Shown: piece by piece, positions 1 through 7,722 of the stretch
Numbering within the stretch: the first letter of the stretch is position 1
Layout of the letters: the number at the start of each line of letters is the position of its first letter
IMG/VR virus record: IMGVR_UViG_3300037071_003766
Coordinates: 1-28,791 of that record
Source of the DNA: a virus
Lineage: Duplodnaviria; Caudoviricetes
Length of the DNA: 28,791 nucleotides
Reading direction: 5' to 3' (one strand)
Program-made: the position numbers and the translations under genes
The notes under the pieces: model-generated
Databases searched by the model: none
Told to the model about the DNA's origin: nothing
Seen by the model: only the letters and a program-made list of their open reading frames with translations

Positions 1-36
1 ACCGCCGCCACCGCGTGGCTCAAATCCAAGGAGTAG
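1..36 (+). CDS. 3' end of an upstream late gene (partial, ...TAATAWLKSKE*), possibly holin-like
   Basis: Open frame to TAG at 34-36 that contains the AAGGAG RBS of the next gene. Product is a guess from position. Confidence 0.35.
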   Translation, partial: TAATAWLKSKE

Positions 37-40
37 TCCC

Positions 41-421
41 ATGCTGAAACGCACCATCGCCCCGTTCTTCCTCGCTGCTGCCCTGTTCGCTGGCTGCGCG
101 GCCATCCAGCAAGTCGGCCTGCCGAGCCCCGAGGCGCAGATCACCGCAGGCGCGCAGGCCGGAGCCGCGGCGACCGTGACTGCCAACACCTTGCTACGCG
201 ACCACAAGATCACCGTGCCTCAGGCCAAGACCTACCGCAACGTCCTGGCCGCCGGGCTCGAGGGGTTGAAGGACGCCAACACGGATCTGCTTGCCTGCCG
301 CACCGCCACCGGGTCCACCGAGAAGACCACTCCCGACCCCTGCTGGGGCAAGGTCAGCGACGTCGTGCGCATCGCGCTGGAGAGCATCGCCAGCGTCAAG
401 AAGACCGTCGACAGCAAGTAA
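41..421 (+). CDS. Lipoprotein at the end of the late (lysis) operon
   Basis: AAGGAG RBS; signal peptide with lipobox LFAG-C; two further Cys near the C-terminus. Confidence 0.8.
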   Translation: MLKRTIAPFFLAAALFAGCAAIQQVGLPSPEAQITAGAQAGAAATVTANTLLRDHKITVPQAKTYRNVLAAGLEGLKDANTDLLACRTATGSTEKTTPDPCWGKVSDVVRIALESIASVKKTVDSK

Positions 422-435
422 CCAAGGAGAACCCC

Positions 436-711
436 ATGCCTTCCATCTCCGTCATCCTGGGCCTCATGCCCCTGATCCAGAACGCCGTGCAGACCATCTC
501 CTCCTTCGTGGGCGACGATGACCAGGCGCGCAACGACACCGTCATCAGCAACGCCTTCGAGGTGATCACCGCCGTGGCCCCGCTGATCGAAACCTTCACC
601 AGCGGCGGCGACGTCACGGCCGAGGACGTCAAGGAAGCGCTGGATGGCTACGACCAGGCGCTCGCGGACTTCGACGCGGAGATCGCGCGGCAGGACCAGC
701 AGCAGCCCTGA
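436..711 (+). CDS. Hypothetical acidic protein with hydrophobic N-terminus
   Basis: AAGGAG RBS and high-GC3 codon usage. Confidence 0.8.
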   Translation: MPSISVILGLMPLIQNAVQTISSFVGDDDQARNDTVISNAFEVITAVAPLIETFTSGGDVTAEDVKEALDGYDQALADFDAEIARQDQQQP

Positions 712-773
712 ACCCGCCACCGGCGCGCGGCGGATCGAGCGCGCCACCCCAACCACCTTCCCTGGGAGACCCC

Positions 774-923
774 ATGACCGTCAGCAACCCGAACCCGGAT
801 CCCGAGCATCTGCCGAAGGACCAGCAACCGCCCAAGCGCAAGCCCGGCGACCCGGAAACCCCGGAACCCACCCAGCCGCCCGCGCCACCTCTCAACAGCG
901 TGCCGGGCCACGAAAACGCCTGA
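774..923 (+). CDS. Small Pro-rich protein, 49 aa (MTVSNPNPDPEHLPKDQQPPKRKPGD...), absent from the ORF track
   Basis: GGGAGA RBS upstream of ATG 774, TGA at 921-923, followed by a terminator. Confidence 0.6.
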   Translation: MTVSNPNPDPEHLPKDQQPPKRKPGDPETPEPTQPPAPPLNSVPGHENA

Positions 924-954
924 TCCCTTCTCCTGTTTGCTGCAATGCAAACTT

Positions 955-980
955 GCCCCGGCCTCGCGCCGGGGCTTTTT
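955..980 (+). terminator. Rho-independent terminator ending the late operon
   Basis: GCCCCGGC-CTCGC-GCCGGGGC followed by TTTTT, between convergent genes. Confidence 0.85.
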
Positions 981-1128
981 CATTTGGCGCGCATCTGCGC
1001 CTGCCGCCGGCGCCAGCGTAGTGCCCTCTCGCGCATGCCTTGCGCGCGGTGCTGCAATCCCGCCCAGGCCCGGTGTTCCTTCATGCCGACATCGTGGCGC
1101 AGCCGGCCGGCCGCCGCAGTGACGCGGA

Positions 1129-1749
1129 TCACTTGCGCCATGTGCGGCCTTCCTGCCACCCCGGCCGCTTGATCTTCAGCCAGTCGGGGCTGATCACGCC
1201 CGGCTGGTAGGCGCTGGCCAGCCGCTTGGCCACGAACCCCTCCAGCTTCACGCCCAGAACGAACCGGTTGAACAGGTCGGCCTCAGCCGGCAGCTCGCTC
1301 ACCGCCACCAGCAGGCCCTTCAGCGGCGCCAGCAGCTGGTGCAGCATGGCCTTGCGCTCGATCAGCGGCAGCGCCATGACGTTGCGGCCATCCAGGTAGA
1401 GGAGGTCGAAGGCGCAGAACGTGACCTGGTCAGCACCGGCGAACCAGCGCCGCCGGCGCGCCCGGGTCTGCAGGCGTTCGAAGTCCGAGCGGCCGATCTC
1501 GTCCAGGATGCAGGCTTCCCCATCGATCACGTGGGGTCCGCCGGGCAGGGAGGACAGCAGATCCGCCACCTCCGGGAACCACTTCGTGCAGTCCACGCCG
1601 CTCTTCGTGCGCAGCTCGGTCGGCTGGCCGCCGCCGCCGGCCCGGGCCATGCAGCGATAGCCGTCGTATTTGATCTCGTAGATCCAGGCCGGGTCCGTGA
1701 AGGGCTTGCCGCCCTCCGTGGCGCGCATGGGCGCCGGGATCGCCAGCAT
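1129..1749 (-). CDS. ATP-dependent DNA ligase-like protein (LigC/LigD-type adenylation domain only)
   Basis: Ligase motifs I (EIKYDGYR), III (IDGEAC), IIIa (FCAFDLL), IV (EGFVAK), V (WLKIK). The protein ends shortly after motif V. Confidence 0.9.
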   Translation of the reverse strand: MLAIPAPMRATEGGKPFTDPAWIYEIKYDGYRCMARAGGGGQPTELRTKSGVDCTKWFPEVADLLSSLPGGPHVIDGEACILDEIGRSDFERLQTRARRRRWFAGADQVTFCAFDLLYLDGRNVMALPLIERKAMLHQLLAPLKGLLVAVSELPAEADLFNRFVLGVKLEGFVAKRLASAYQPGVISPDWLKIKRPGWQEGRTWRK

Positions 1750-1955
1750 CAGCCGGCCAGGTCGTCCAGCATCCTCCGGATCCCGATCCGCGCGGCCGCC
1801 CGCTGCTCCTCCGTCTCCAAGGGCAAGTCGAAGGCGTGCTCACCGGCTTCGGTCAGGATCTTGAAGCTGACGGATTTCGCCTCGCCGCGCTGGATCTCCT
1901 CGAGCATCTTTTGCAGGGCGCCGCGAATCTCTGCGGGGCTGACGGTGTCGCTCAT
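1749..1955 (-). CDS. Hypothetical protein, 68 aa
   Basis: AAGGAG RBS; start and stop overlap both neighbouring genes. Confidence 0.75.
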   Translation of the reverse strand: MSDTVSPAEIRGALQKMLEEIQRGEAKSVSFKILTEAGEHAFDLPLETEEQRAAARIGIRRMLDDLAG

Positions 1956-2200
1956 GAACGCTCCTTGGGCGGCTGCACGCTGTCGTGGCCGGCGGACTGA
2001 TAGTTCGTCATGCTGTGCCGACGCTCCTCTTCCGTGTCGGGCACGCTACGGATCTCGGTGCTGTTCGGCACGATGCCAACGGTGCCCAGCGCGGCGGCTT
2101 CCTCGGCCGTCATCTTCCACGAGCTGCGATAGGGCTGCGCGCGAGGGCCTGAGCCCTGCCTCGGTGGGAGGAAATAGAGAGAAACGGGGACCTGGCGCAT
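1952..2200 (-). CDS. Hypothetical protein, 82 aa, first gene of the ligase operon
   Basis: ATGA overlap with the next gene; TATTCT -10-like hexamer 6 nt upstream. Confidence 0.65.
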   Translation of the reverse strand: MRQVPVSLYFLPPRQGSGPRAQPYRSSWKMTAEEAAALGTVGIVPNSTEIRSVPDTEEERRHSMTNYQSAGHDSVQPPKERS

Positions 2201-2216
2201 GACGGAAGAATAGCGA

Positions 2217-2232
2217 CTGCCGATTCATCCAG
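2217..2232 (-). promoter_or_regulatory. Putative LexA (SOS) box overlapping the ligase-operon promoter
   Basis: Minus strand reads TA-CTGGATGAATCGGCAG-T, matching CTG-N10-CAG; -10 TATTCT at 2207-2212. Confidence 0.55.
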
Positions 2233-2275
2233 TACTGGATATTGGACGCTGTCTAATAAAACGTCCAATAGGCCA

Positions 2276-2309
2276 AAGAAAAAGGGGCTACGTTTGCACG
2301 TAACCCCTT
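2276..2309 (-). terminator. Terminator supplied for the reconstituted tRNA
   Basis: Hairpin AAGGGGCTACG-TTTGCA-CGTAACCCCTT (2282-2309) followed by a T-rich run on the minus strand, just 3' of the tRNA CCA. Confidence 0.75.
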
Positions 2310-2317
2310 GATTTATT

Positions 2318-2362
2318 TGGCTCCCCGACCTGGGCTCGAACCAGGGACCTACGGATTAACAG
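2318..2362 (-). tRNA. 3' half of tRNA-Asn(GTT): att core, not a complete tRNA
   Basis: Minus strand CTGTTAATCCGTAGGTCCCTGGTTCGAGCCCAGGTCGGGGAGCCA contains the anticodon loop, T-arm and CCA. The 5' half is absent. Confidence 0.92.
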
Positions 2363-2484
2363 CCCGAGGCCGCAATCGCCCGCTAACCCGCATGGAATCT
2401 AGGTTTCCGGCGTCCAGCTGTCTAATAAAACCGTTTCAATTGATCCTCAATTGATGCGGCCTGCAGCCCGATTGGCACTGGATA

Positions 2485-3585
2485 TTAGACAGCGATCACC
2501 CGCGAATTCGGCTGCACGGCGTCCTGCCAGCGCTGCTTCACGTAGACCTCGGTGGTGGCCTGGTGCTTGTGCCCGCACAGCGCCTGAATCAACCGCAGAT
2601 CCACGCCTGCGCGCCACATGTCCGTGGCCCCCTTGCCCTTGAGATCTCGGAAGCCGAACGATGGGATCGGCTCCAGCTTGCGGGCCTTCCGCCGCTTGTT
2701 CGCCGCGGCCCGGGCCTTCTTGAGCATGCTGGACAGACCGGTGTACGTGTAGTGCTCGCCGTCCAGACGCTGCACCAGGGGTTCGCGCAGGCGGCGCACG
2801 TTGCCGTCGTCATGTGGTAGCAGCTGCTCGAGTTCCGGCGTCACGGCGATCAGCATCCACTGGCCGGTCTTGTGCTGCTGGAAGTGCAGCATCTTGGCGC
2901 CGTCGCGCTGGACGATGATCCTGCTGTCCCACAGGACGATGTCGCTCTCCGGGCGCTGCAGCGTGCGGTAGGACAGCTCCATCATCAGCCGCACCGACGC
3001 CGTCGCCTCGTCCCAGACCGCCTGGTACTCCTCGTCCGTGACGTAGCGATCGCGCGGCCGCTCCGCGTTTCGCTTCACCCCGCTGGCGCGCAGGCAGGGG
3101 TTCACCTCGAGGCCGGGGCACTGCTCGGTGCGCAGCATCCAGCCGAAGCAGGCCGACAGGCAGGCGCGCTCCAGGTTCGCGCGGCGGGCCCGGCCGGCGG
3201 CCTTGCCGGCGTCCAGGTAGTCCTGCACGTGCTTGGGCTTCACCTCCAGCGGCGTGCGCGGCGGTGCGAAGTAGATGCGCAGCGGCCCGGGCTCGTCGTC
3301 GGTGCCGATCGCCTCCTGGTAGTCGTCCAGCGTGCGCTGCGCCAGGTCACCGGCCTTCACCCTGGCTTCGCCGGCCCGGAGAAACAGGTCGAAGAAGTGC
3401 ACGAGCGTTCCGGCGCGCCGGTGGGGATCGTTGTATGCGCGGGCCTTGCTGTTGGCCTCGTCCTTGTCGGCGCTCAGGCGCTCCCAGCGGCCCTGGGGGT
3501 GGACGTAGTAGAAGGCGCCGTGCTTGGGGTAGACCCGGGGTTCCAGGCCGAGGTCGACCTTGCGCTTGCGTCCCATGCGGGGCAT
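2485..3585 (-). CDS. int: Tyrosine integrase
   Basis: Arm-binding-like N-terminus; motifs QRPESD, QHKTG, FRDLKGKGATD, LCGHK, TEVY; adjacent to attP. Start moved to MPRMGRK (3585; 3576 also possible). Confidence 0.93.
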   Translation of the reverse strand: MPRMGRKRKVDLGLEPRVYPKHGAFYYVHPQGRWERLSADKDEANSKARAYNDPHRRAGTLVHFFDLFLRAGEARVKAGDLAQRTLDDYQEAIGTDDEPGPLRIYFAPPRTPLEVKPKHVQDYLDAGKAAGRARRANLERACLSACFGWMLRTEQCPGLEVNPCLRASGVKRNAERPRDRYVTDEEYQAVWDEATASVRLMMELSYRTLQRPESDIVLWDSRIIVQRDGAKMLHFQQHKTGQWMLIAVTPELEQLLPHDDGNVRRLREPLVQRLDGEHYTYTGLSSMLKKARAAANKRRKARKLEPIPSFGFRDLKGKGATDMWRAGVDLRLIQALCGHKHQATTEVYVKQRWQDAVQPNSRVIAV

Positions 3586-3586
3586 G

Positions 3587-3919
3587 TTACCTCCGGCGTT
3601 TCCGGTCGAAGAAGGCCTTGAGGCCGGCCATGTCGGGCCCGGCCGGCGGCGTTGGGTCTTCTGCCGGCCGGGCGGTCGCCGGCGGTCCGTACTGGCCGCG
3701 CACCACGGCGTCATAGTGGGCACGCTCCAGGATCACCCGCTTGCGGCCCACCTTCGGGATGTAGGCGCGGGTGAAGCCACGGGCGTGCAGCTCGCGCAGC
3801 TGGTCGGCCGGGCGCAGATAGCCGCCGGCAGCGTCCTGGACTTCCTCGGGCGACAGGTTCAGGCCCGGCGCGGCCGCCGCCGGCGCGCTGGTGGGGAGGT
3901 GCAGGACGCTGGCCGTCAT
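3587..3919 (-). CDS. DUF4224-like excisionase
   Basis: LSPEEVQDAAGGYLRPADQLRELHARGF pattern directly upstream of int. Confidence 0.75.
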   Translation of the reverse strand: MTASVLHLPTSAPAAAAPGLNLSPEEVQDAAGGYLRPADQLRELHARGFTRAYIPKVGRKRVILERAHYDAVVRGQYGPPATARPAEDPTPPAGPDMAGLKAFFDRKRRR

Positions 3920-4170
3920 TCGTGGCCGATCCCGGGATCATCAGTGGTTGATGGCGAAAAGGATTGATGCTGCCCCTCCGTCACGCCATCAGTGGGCGGG
4001 TGCTCGTACAGCGGCACCGGCGTGCCCAAATTCGGCGGGAAAGTCCAGCCCTTGGTGAACGGGTAGTTCAGGTAGCGCCAACGGCCGTGCCGATCCCGGT
4101 AGCGGATTGCGACCGGCTCGGGCGTGCTCATGCGGTCGGCCACGAAACCCTCGCCGTAGATCGTGCCCAT
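3916..4170 (-). CDS. Hypothetical phage protein (MGTIYGEGF...)
   Basis: GGAGG RBS; stop/start overlaps on both sides. Confidence 0.65.
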   Translation of the reverse strand: MGTIYGEGFVADRMSTPEPVAIRYRDRHGRWRYLNYPFTKGWTFPPNLGTPVPLYEHPPTDGVTEGQHQSFSPSTTDDPGIGHE

Positions 4171-4649
4171 CACACCTCCCCGCCCTTGGGCAGATTGCAC
4201 CACCGCACCACGTCCACCGGCTGGCCGTCGATGTCTTGCCAGTCCTCGCCGGTCCAGTACACCAGCCACACCGGCTCCTCGTTAGCGCGCAGCCTCCCCA
4301 GAACAGTCAGTTCTGCATCCGGGAAGTCGACCTTGCTGACCTCGTGCCACTCGATGGTCTCGCAGAAGAACCCCGGCCGGGCCTCGCGCGGAGACTCCTT
4401 GTGATCGAAGTTCCACCAGTAGCGACCCTCGCTGAACGTCACGCGGCCCATCTGGATGTCGTGCTTCAGAAGGCCGCCTACCAAGCCGGAGTTGTGCAAG
4501 CCGGCGACCTTGGCCAAGTGCTTGGCGAGCGCGCCGCCGTTCTCGCGCAGCTCGCGGCGCATACGTGCGGCCTTGCTTTCATTCGGGTCCGGCGGCTCCG
4601 GCTCAGGGGCGCGTGAGAGCTGGTCAGCCATGGCGGCGAGGGCTTCCAT
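4170..4649 (-). CDS. Hypothetical phage protein (MEALAAMADQ...)
   Basis: GGAGG RBS; TGATG coupling to the upstream HNH-like gene. Confidence 0.75.
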   Translation of the reverse strand: MEALAAMADQLSRAPEPEPPDPNESKAARMRRELRENGGALAKHLAKVAGLHNSGLVGGLLKHDIQMGRVTFSEGRYWWNFDHKESPREARPGFFCETIEWHEVSKVDFPDAELTVLGRLRANEEPVWLVYWTGEDWQDIDGQPVDVVRWCNLPKGGEV

Positions 4650-5110
4650 CACGCGGCCTCCCCATGGTGATGCTTTTGGTGATGAGGACGACACAACCAC
4701 CGCACCTCCAGTGGCTTACTGTAGTCGTCGTGGTGTGCCTGCACTCTCTCGCTGCTGCACACCTCGCACGGTTGCCGATGAAGCCGCCCAGATCGCAGGG
4801 CATACGCGACTTGATAACGCGCGTAGTCCCTCTCAGGATGGTTTTCTCGGGTGTTCCTTGTGGCGCGCAAGCGAGCCTGTTTGCCGGCCTCGGTTTGGGC
4901 GTAGGCCTTTCGCGCTTGGACACGATGGGGAGCATTTGCTCGCTGCTGTTCAAATTCGCGGTATTGATCTGCCTTTGCCTGGCGGTTCTTGCGCACGTCA
5001 ACGCATGTACACAGTTTGCATTTATTCAAATAGCCGCCACGCATATTCGAGTGCTTGTAAAACTCGGTGAGCGGCTTAATTTGCTGGCACTTAAAACAGA
5101 TCTTTTGCAT
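4649..5110 (-). CDS. Zinc-binding HNH-like endonuclease
   Basis: N-terminal CxxC...CxxC; C-terminal CEVC...AHHDDYSKPLEVRWLCRPHH; lower GC than neighbours. Confidence 0.75.
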   Translation of the reverse strand: MQKICFKCQQIKPLTEFYKHSNMRGGYLNKCKLCTCVDVRKNRQAKADQYREFEQQRANAPHRVQARKAYAQTEAGKQARLRATRNTRENHPERDYARYQVAYALRSGRLHRQPCEVCSSERVQAHHDDYSKPLEVRWLCRPHHQKHHHGEAA

Positions 5111-5121
5111 ATCGACGCTCG

Positions 5122-5415
5122 CTAAAAAGGTATGGCATCAAACTGCCAGCCCTCGCACGCCTCGGGCTGCTTCTGGAAGTCGGCCGGCACCTCCTGGTCG
5201 TACTGCTTGCAGCGGCCCATAGCGAAGTGGATGCAGGAGTGACACGTCGCATCGGGGAAGCGGGCCAGCGCATCGCGCAGCACCTGGCGCGCGGCCACGT
5301 ACTGCGCCAGCGGCATGCGGTCTTGGGGTGTTGTCGGGCTTGCCATCCAGATCTCCCTGTAGTGCGTCTTCCAGTCGCTTAGCGGGCGATCCGCGCGCCA
5401 AGCTCTTTTCGCCAT
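5122..5415 (-). CDS. Small four-cysteine protein ending FDAIPF
   Basis: CHSC...C...C pattern; overlaps the end of the upstream nuclease gene. Confidence 0.7.
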   Translation of the reverse strand: MAKRAWRADRPLSDWKTHYREIWMASPTTPQDRMPLAQYVAARQVLRDALARFPDATCHSCIHFAMGRCKQYDQEVPADFQKQPEACEGWQFDAIPF

Positions 5416-6428
5416 TGCTGCATCTCCGGCACCGCCGTCAGCGCCCGCTTGTCCTCGCAGGCACGGATCTCCGCGCTGGTGAAGCCTGCCGGTGGGGTGC
5501 CGTTGGTGAACTGGCTGCCGTCGCTGGTCTGATACGTGACGTTGTTCGCCTCGGGATCGGCGTCCACTGGCTTGCCGATGCGCTCCAGCAGCACAGGGAT
5601 GTAGCGGTGCTCACTGCAGCCGGTGACTTCCGTGGCAGGCGGAATGAAGCTGTCGTATCGCCCGCACGTCCACAAACCGTCCTTCTCGGGCGTCGAGTGC
5701 GCGCAGCTGCGGCACGTCACCGCCGGCACCTCGGTGCCGTGGCACTGCGCATGAAACGGGCAGTATTTGCAGGTGAACCATGCGGGATCTGTGGACAGCC
5801 TGGGCGGCGGCTCACTAGCGTCGATCACGCGCTGCGCGCGCTCGATCAGCCGCTCAGCCTCGGCCTTGTCCAGGTGGATGCGCTCGGCGTAGATCTCGTC
5901 CGTGTCCTTGTTCTCAGCCAGGTACAGAGCGCGGGTCATGCCTGTCAGCAGCATGTAGACCTGCACCTGTGCCCAGTGCATCGGCTTGGACTCGCGAACG
6001 CTCTTGGCCTGCAGGTCCTTGAAGCTCTTAGCGTTGTGCGTCTTGAACTCCAGCACGTGCCAGGTCTTGGGGGCCTCCGGCAGGCCCAGCGCCGCGCCGT
6101 CCATGTGGCCCCGGAAGTGGCCGCCGCATGCTTCTACCGCGAATTGCTTGCCGTCATCGCCTACGTCGTGCACCGTGGCGCCGATCATGCGAAGCTCATC
6201 GACAAAGCGAGCCTCCGCGCGCTGGCCGCGGTCGAACAGGCGCAACATGCGCCCCTCGAACGCCTCGGCACCAGCCCAGCGGAACGACAGCCACAGGTAG
6301 CGGTCGCAGGCGTGGCCGATGGTGCTGGCGCCCAAGTAGCCCCGCACGGGCTCATCTGCGCGGCGCTTCTCATATGCCTCGTAGATGGCCCGCACGGTGG
6401 CGGGCAGGGCTTGCGGAACAGCAGCCAT
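5379..6428 (-). CDS. Cas4-like PD-(D/E)XK nuclease, probably Fe-S binding
   Basis: YLGASTIGHACDRYLW; GHMDG...LEFKT; QVQVYM; CKYCPFHAQC. Start at MAAVPQ via TGATG overlap. Confidence 0.85.
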   Translation of the reverse strand: MAAVPQALPATVRAIYEAYEKRRADEPVRGYLGASTIGHACDRYLWLSFRWAGAEAFEGRMLRLFDRGQRAEARFVDELRMIGATVHDVGDDGKQFAVEACGGHFRGHMDGAALGLPEAPKTWHVLEFKTHNAKSFKDLQAKSVRESKPMHWAQVQVYMLLTGMTRALYLAENKDTDEIYAERIHLDKAEAERLIERAQRVIDASEPPPRLSTDPAWFTCKYCPFHAQCHGTEVPAVTCRSCAHSTPEKDGLWTCGRYDSFIPPATEVTGCSEHRYIPVLLERIGKPVDADPEANNVTYQTSDGSQFTNGTPPAGFTSAEIRACEDKRALTAVPEMQQWRKELGARIAR

Positions 6429-6934
6429 CACTTCTGCCAGGGAGCCTTCTTCGGCGCAGCAGCCGGCGCAGGCGCATTGGCCGCGGGCCGGGCCGCGGAG
6501 GGCGACGGCTGCGGCGCCCCCATCCCTTCGTAGGCGGTGACTTCGTTCTTCGCGGGGAAGCCGTCCTTGGCCGGCGTCACCTTCAGGCGCACGCGCAGGA
6601 TCTTCTGGAACAACTCGTCGGTGTCCTTGAGCACGCCGATGCCAACGGCGCGGCACAGCGCGGACAGCTGCGCCTGGCCGATCTGCTCGGCCTGCGCGTT
6701 GGTGTTGCGCAGCGTGACGTTCGCCCACACCTTGCGGCCGGTGTGCGTCGGGCCGACGACCGTCAGCTCCAGCGCCAGGTAGCAGCCATTGCCGCTCTTG
6801 GCGTCTTTCACTTCGCTGTTGCTGATCTCCACTTCATACGGGCCGGCGGGCAGCGGTTCGAAGTCGCGGCCCTCGTCGGGCTGCACGGAGTTGGCGTCGA
6901 ATGCGGCGCCGAGGACAGATGCAAGGTTTGCCAT
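6428..6934 (-). CDS. DUF669-family single-stranded DNA-binding protein
   Basis: FEPLPAGPY...GRKVW...LSALCRAVG...KNEV motifs; Ala/Pro tail ending PWQK. Confidence 0.85.
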   Translation of the reverse strand: MANLASVLGAAFDANSVQPDEGRDFEPLPAGPYEVEISNSEVKDAKSGNGCYLALELTVVGPTHTGRKVWANVTLRNTNAQAEQIGQAQLSALCRAVGIGVLKDTDELFQKILRVRLKVTPAKDGFPAKNEVTAYEGMGAPQPSPSAARPAANAPAPAAAPKKAPWQK

Positions 6935-6954
6935 GGTTTCGATTCCTTTCGGGT

Positions 6955-7722
6955 TCAGGCTGCTTTCAGTTCAGGTTCCGCCGGGATAACGCGCCCGGCG
7001 ATCGCGTCCGACAGCGCGTCCCAGGAGAGCGGCAAGCTCTCTGGCAGCGCGTAGCGGTTCTTTGCCATGTAGGCGGGCTTTTCGCTGGTGAAGAGAAGCC
7101 GCTCGCCCGTGCTGATGCCGCGGGCTACTTCCTTGTTGAAGCCGACCTCGGCCTTCTTGACCACGGTGCGGTAGTTGGCGAACAGCACGGCGTCGGCCCA
7201 TTCGCGCACCAGTGCGTTGCTTCGCTCCTGCAGCTTGGGGCTGTAGCGGTCGTAGGGCTCCGTCTCGGGCGAGTCGAAACGCTTGATCTGGCTGTGGCCG
7301 ATCAGGATCACGGCCATGTTCTTTTCGTTGCGCAGGGCGTTGAAGCCGCCCAGCAACTCCTGCCAGACCTCGGCCTGCTTGAGCGCTCCCTTGCCGTAAG
7401 CCAGATCCTTGGCGTCGTGCTTGGCATCGATCTCGCGGGCGATGATCTGCTCCAGCCAGTCGACCGAGTCCAGCACCACGGCGCCAAAGTCGTGCGCCTC
7501 GGTGTAGAGCGTGCCCAGGTACTCGCGCACGTGGTCGATGCTGGTGGCCATCGGAAACCGCGCGATGTCCAGCGCGCCCTGGCCGTCTTCGGTCTGGATG
7601 AAGATGGCATTCGGTGCGCCGGCCGCAAAGGTCGTCTTGCCGATGCCCTCGACGCCGTAGACGAAGAGGCGGGGCGGCCGGATGTCCTGGCCGCGCTTGA
7701 TGGAGTTCAGGTCGAAGGCCAT
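6955..7722 (-). CDS. Sak4-like AAA ATPase/recombinase (AAA_24)
   Basis: Walker A YGVEGIGKTT; Walker B VVLDSVDWLE; AKNRY motif. Start at MAFDLNSI. Confidence 0.88.
   Translation of the reverse strand: MAFDLNSIKRGQDIRPPRLFVYGVEGIGKTTFAAGAPNAIFIQTEDGQGALDIARFPMATSIDHVREYLGTLYTEAHDFGAVVLDSVDWLEQIIAREIDAKHDAKDLAYGKGALKQAEVWQELLGGFNALRNEKNMAVILIGHSQIKRFDSPETEPYDRYSPKLQERSNALVREWADAVLFANYRTVVKKAEVGFNKEVARGISTGERLLFTSEKPAYMAKNRYALPESLPLSWDALSDAIAGRVIPAEPELKAA

Larger units (their letters stand above)
2234..2493. other. attP region with integrase arm-type repeats and an IHF site
   Basis: GTCYAATA/TATTRGAC motifs at 2240, 2251, 2263, 2420 and 2483. GCTGTCTAATAAAAC at 2248-2262 and 2417-2431. ACTGGATATTRGAC at 2234 and 2477. 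IHF consensus AATCAAGGGGTTA on the minus strand at 2301-2313. Confidence 0.85.

Noticed and set aside
980-1084. 34-aa Arg-rich minus-strand ORF after the ligase
   Set aside because: No RBS, not an OB domain, and too short to support.
2318-2362. Functional phage tRNA-Asn gene
   Set aside because: The 5' acceptor strand and D-arm are missing; it is the att core.
2478-2492. Second LexA box, CTGGATATTAGACAG
   Set aside because: Spacing is N9, not N10, and the sequence is explained as an integrase arm site.
5379-6428. CRISPR-Cas locus suggested by the Cas4-like gene
   Set aside because: No array or other cas genes; the context is a phage recombination module.
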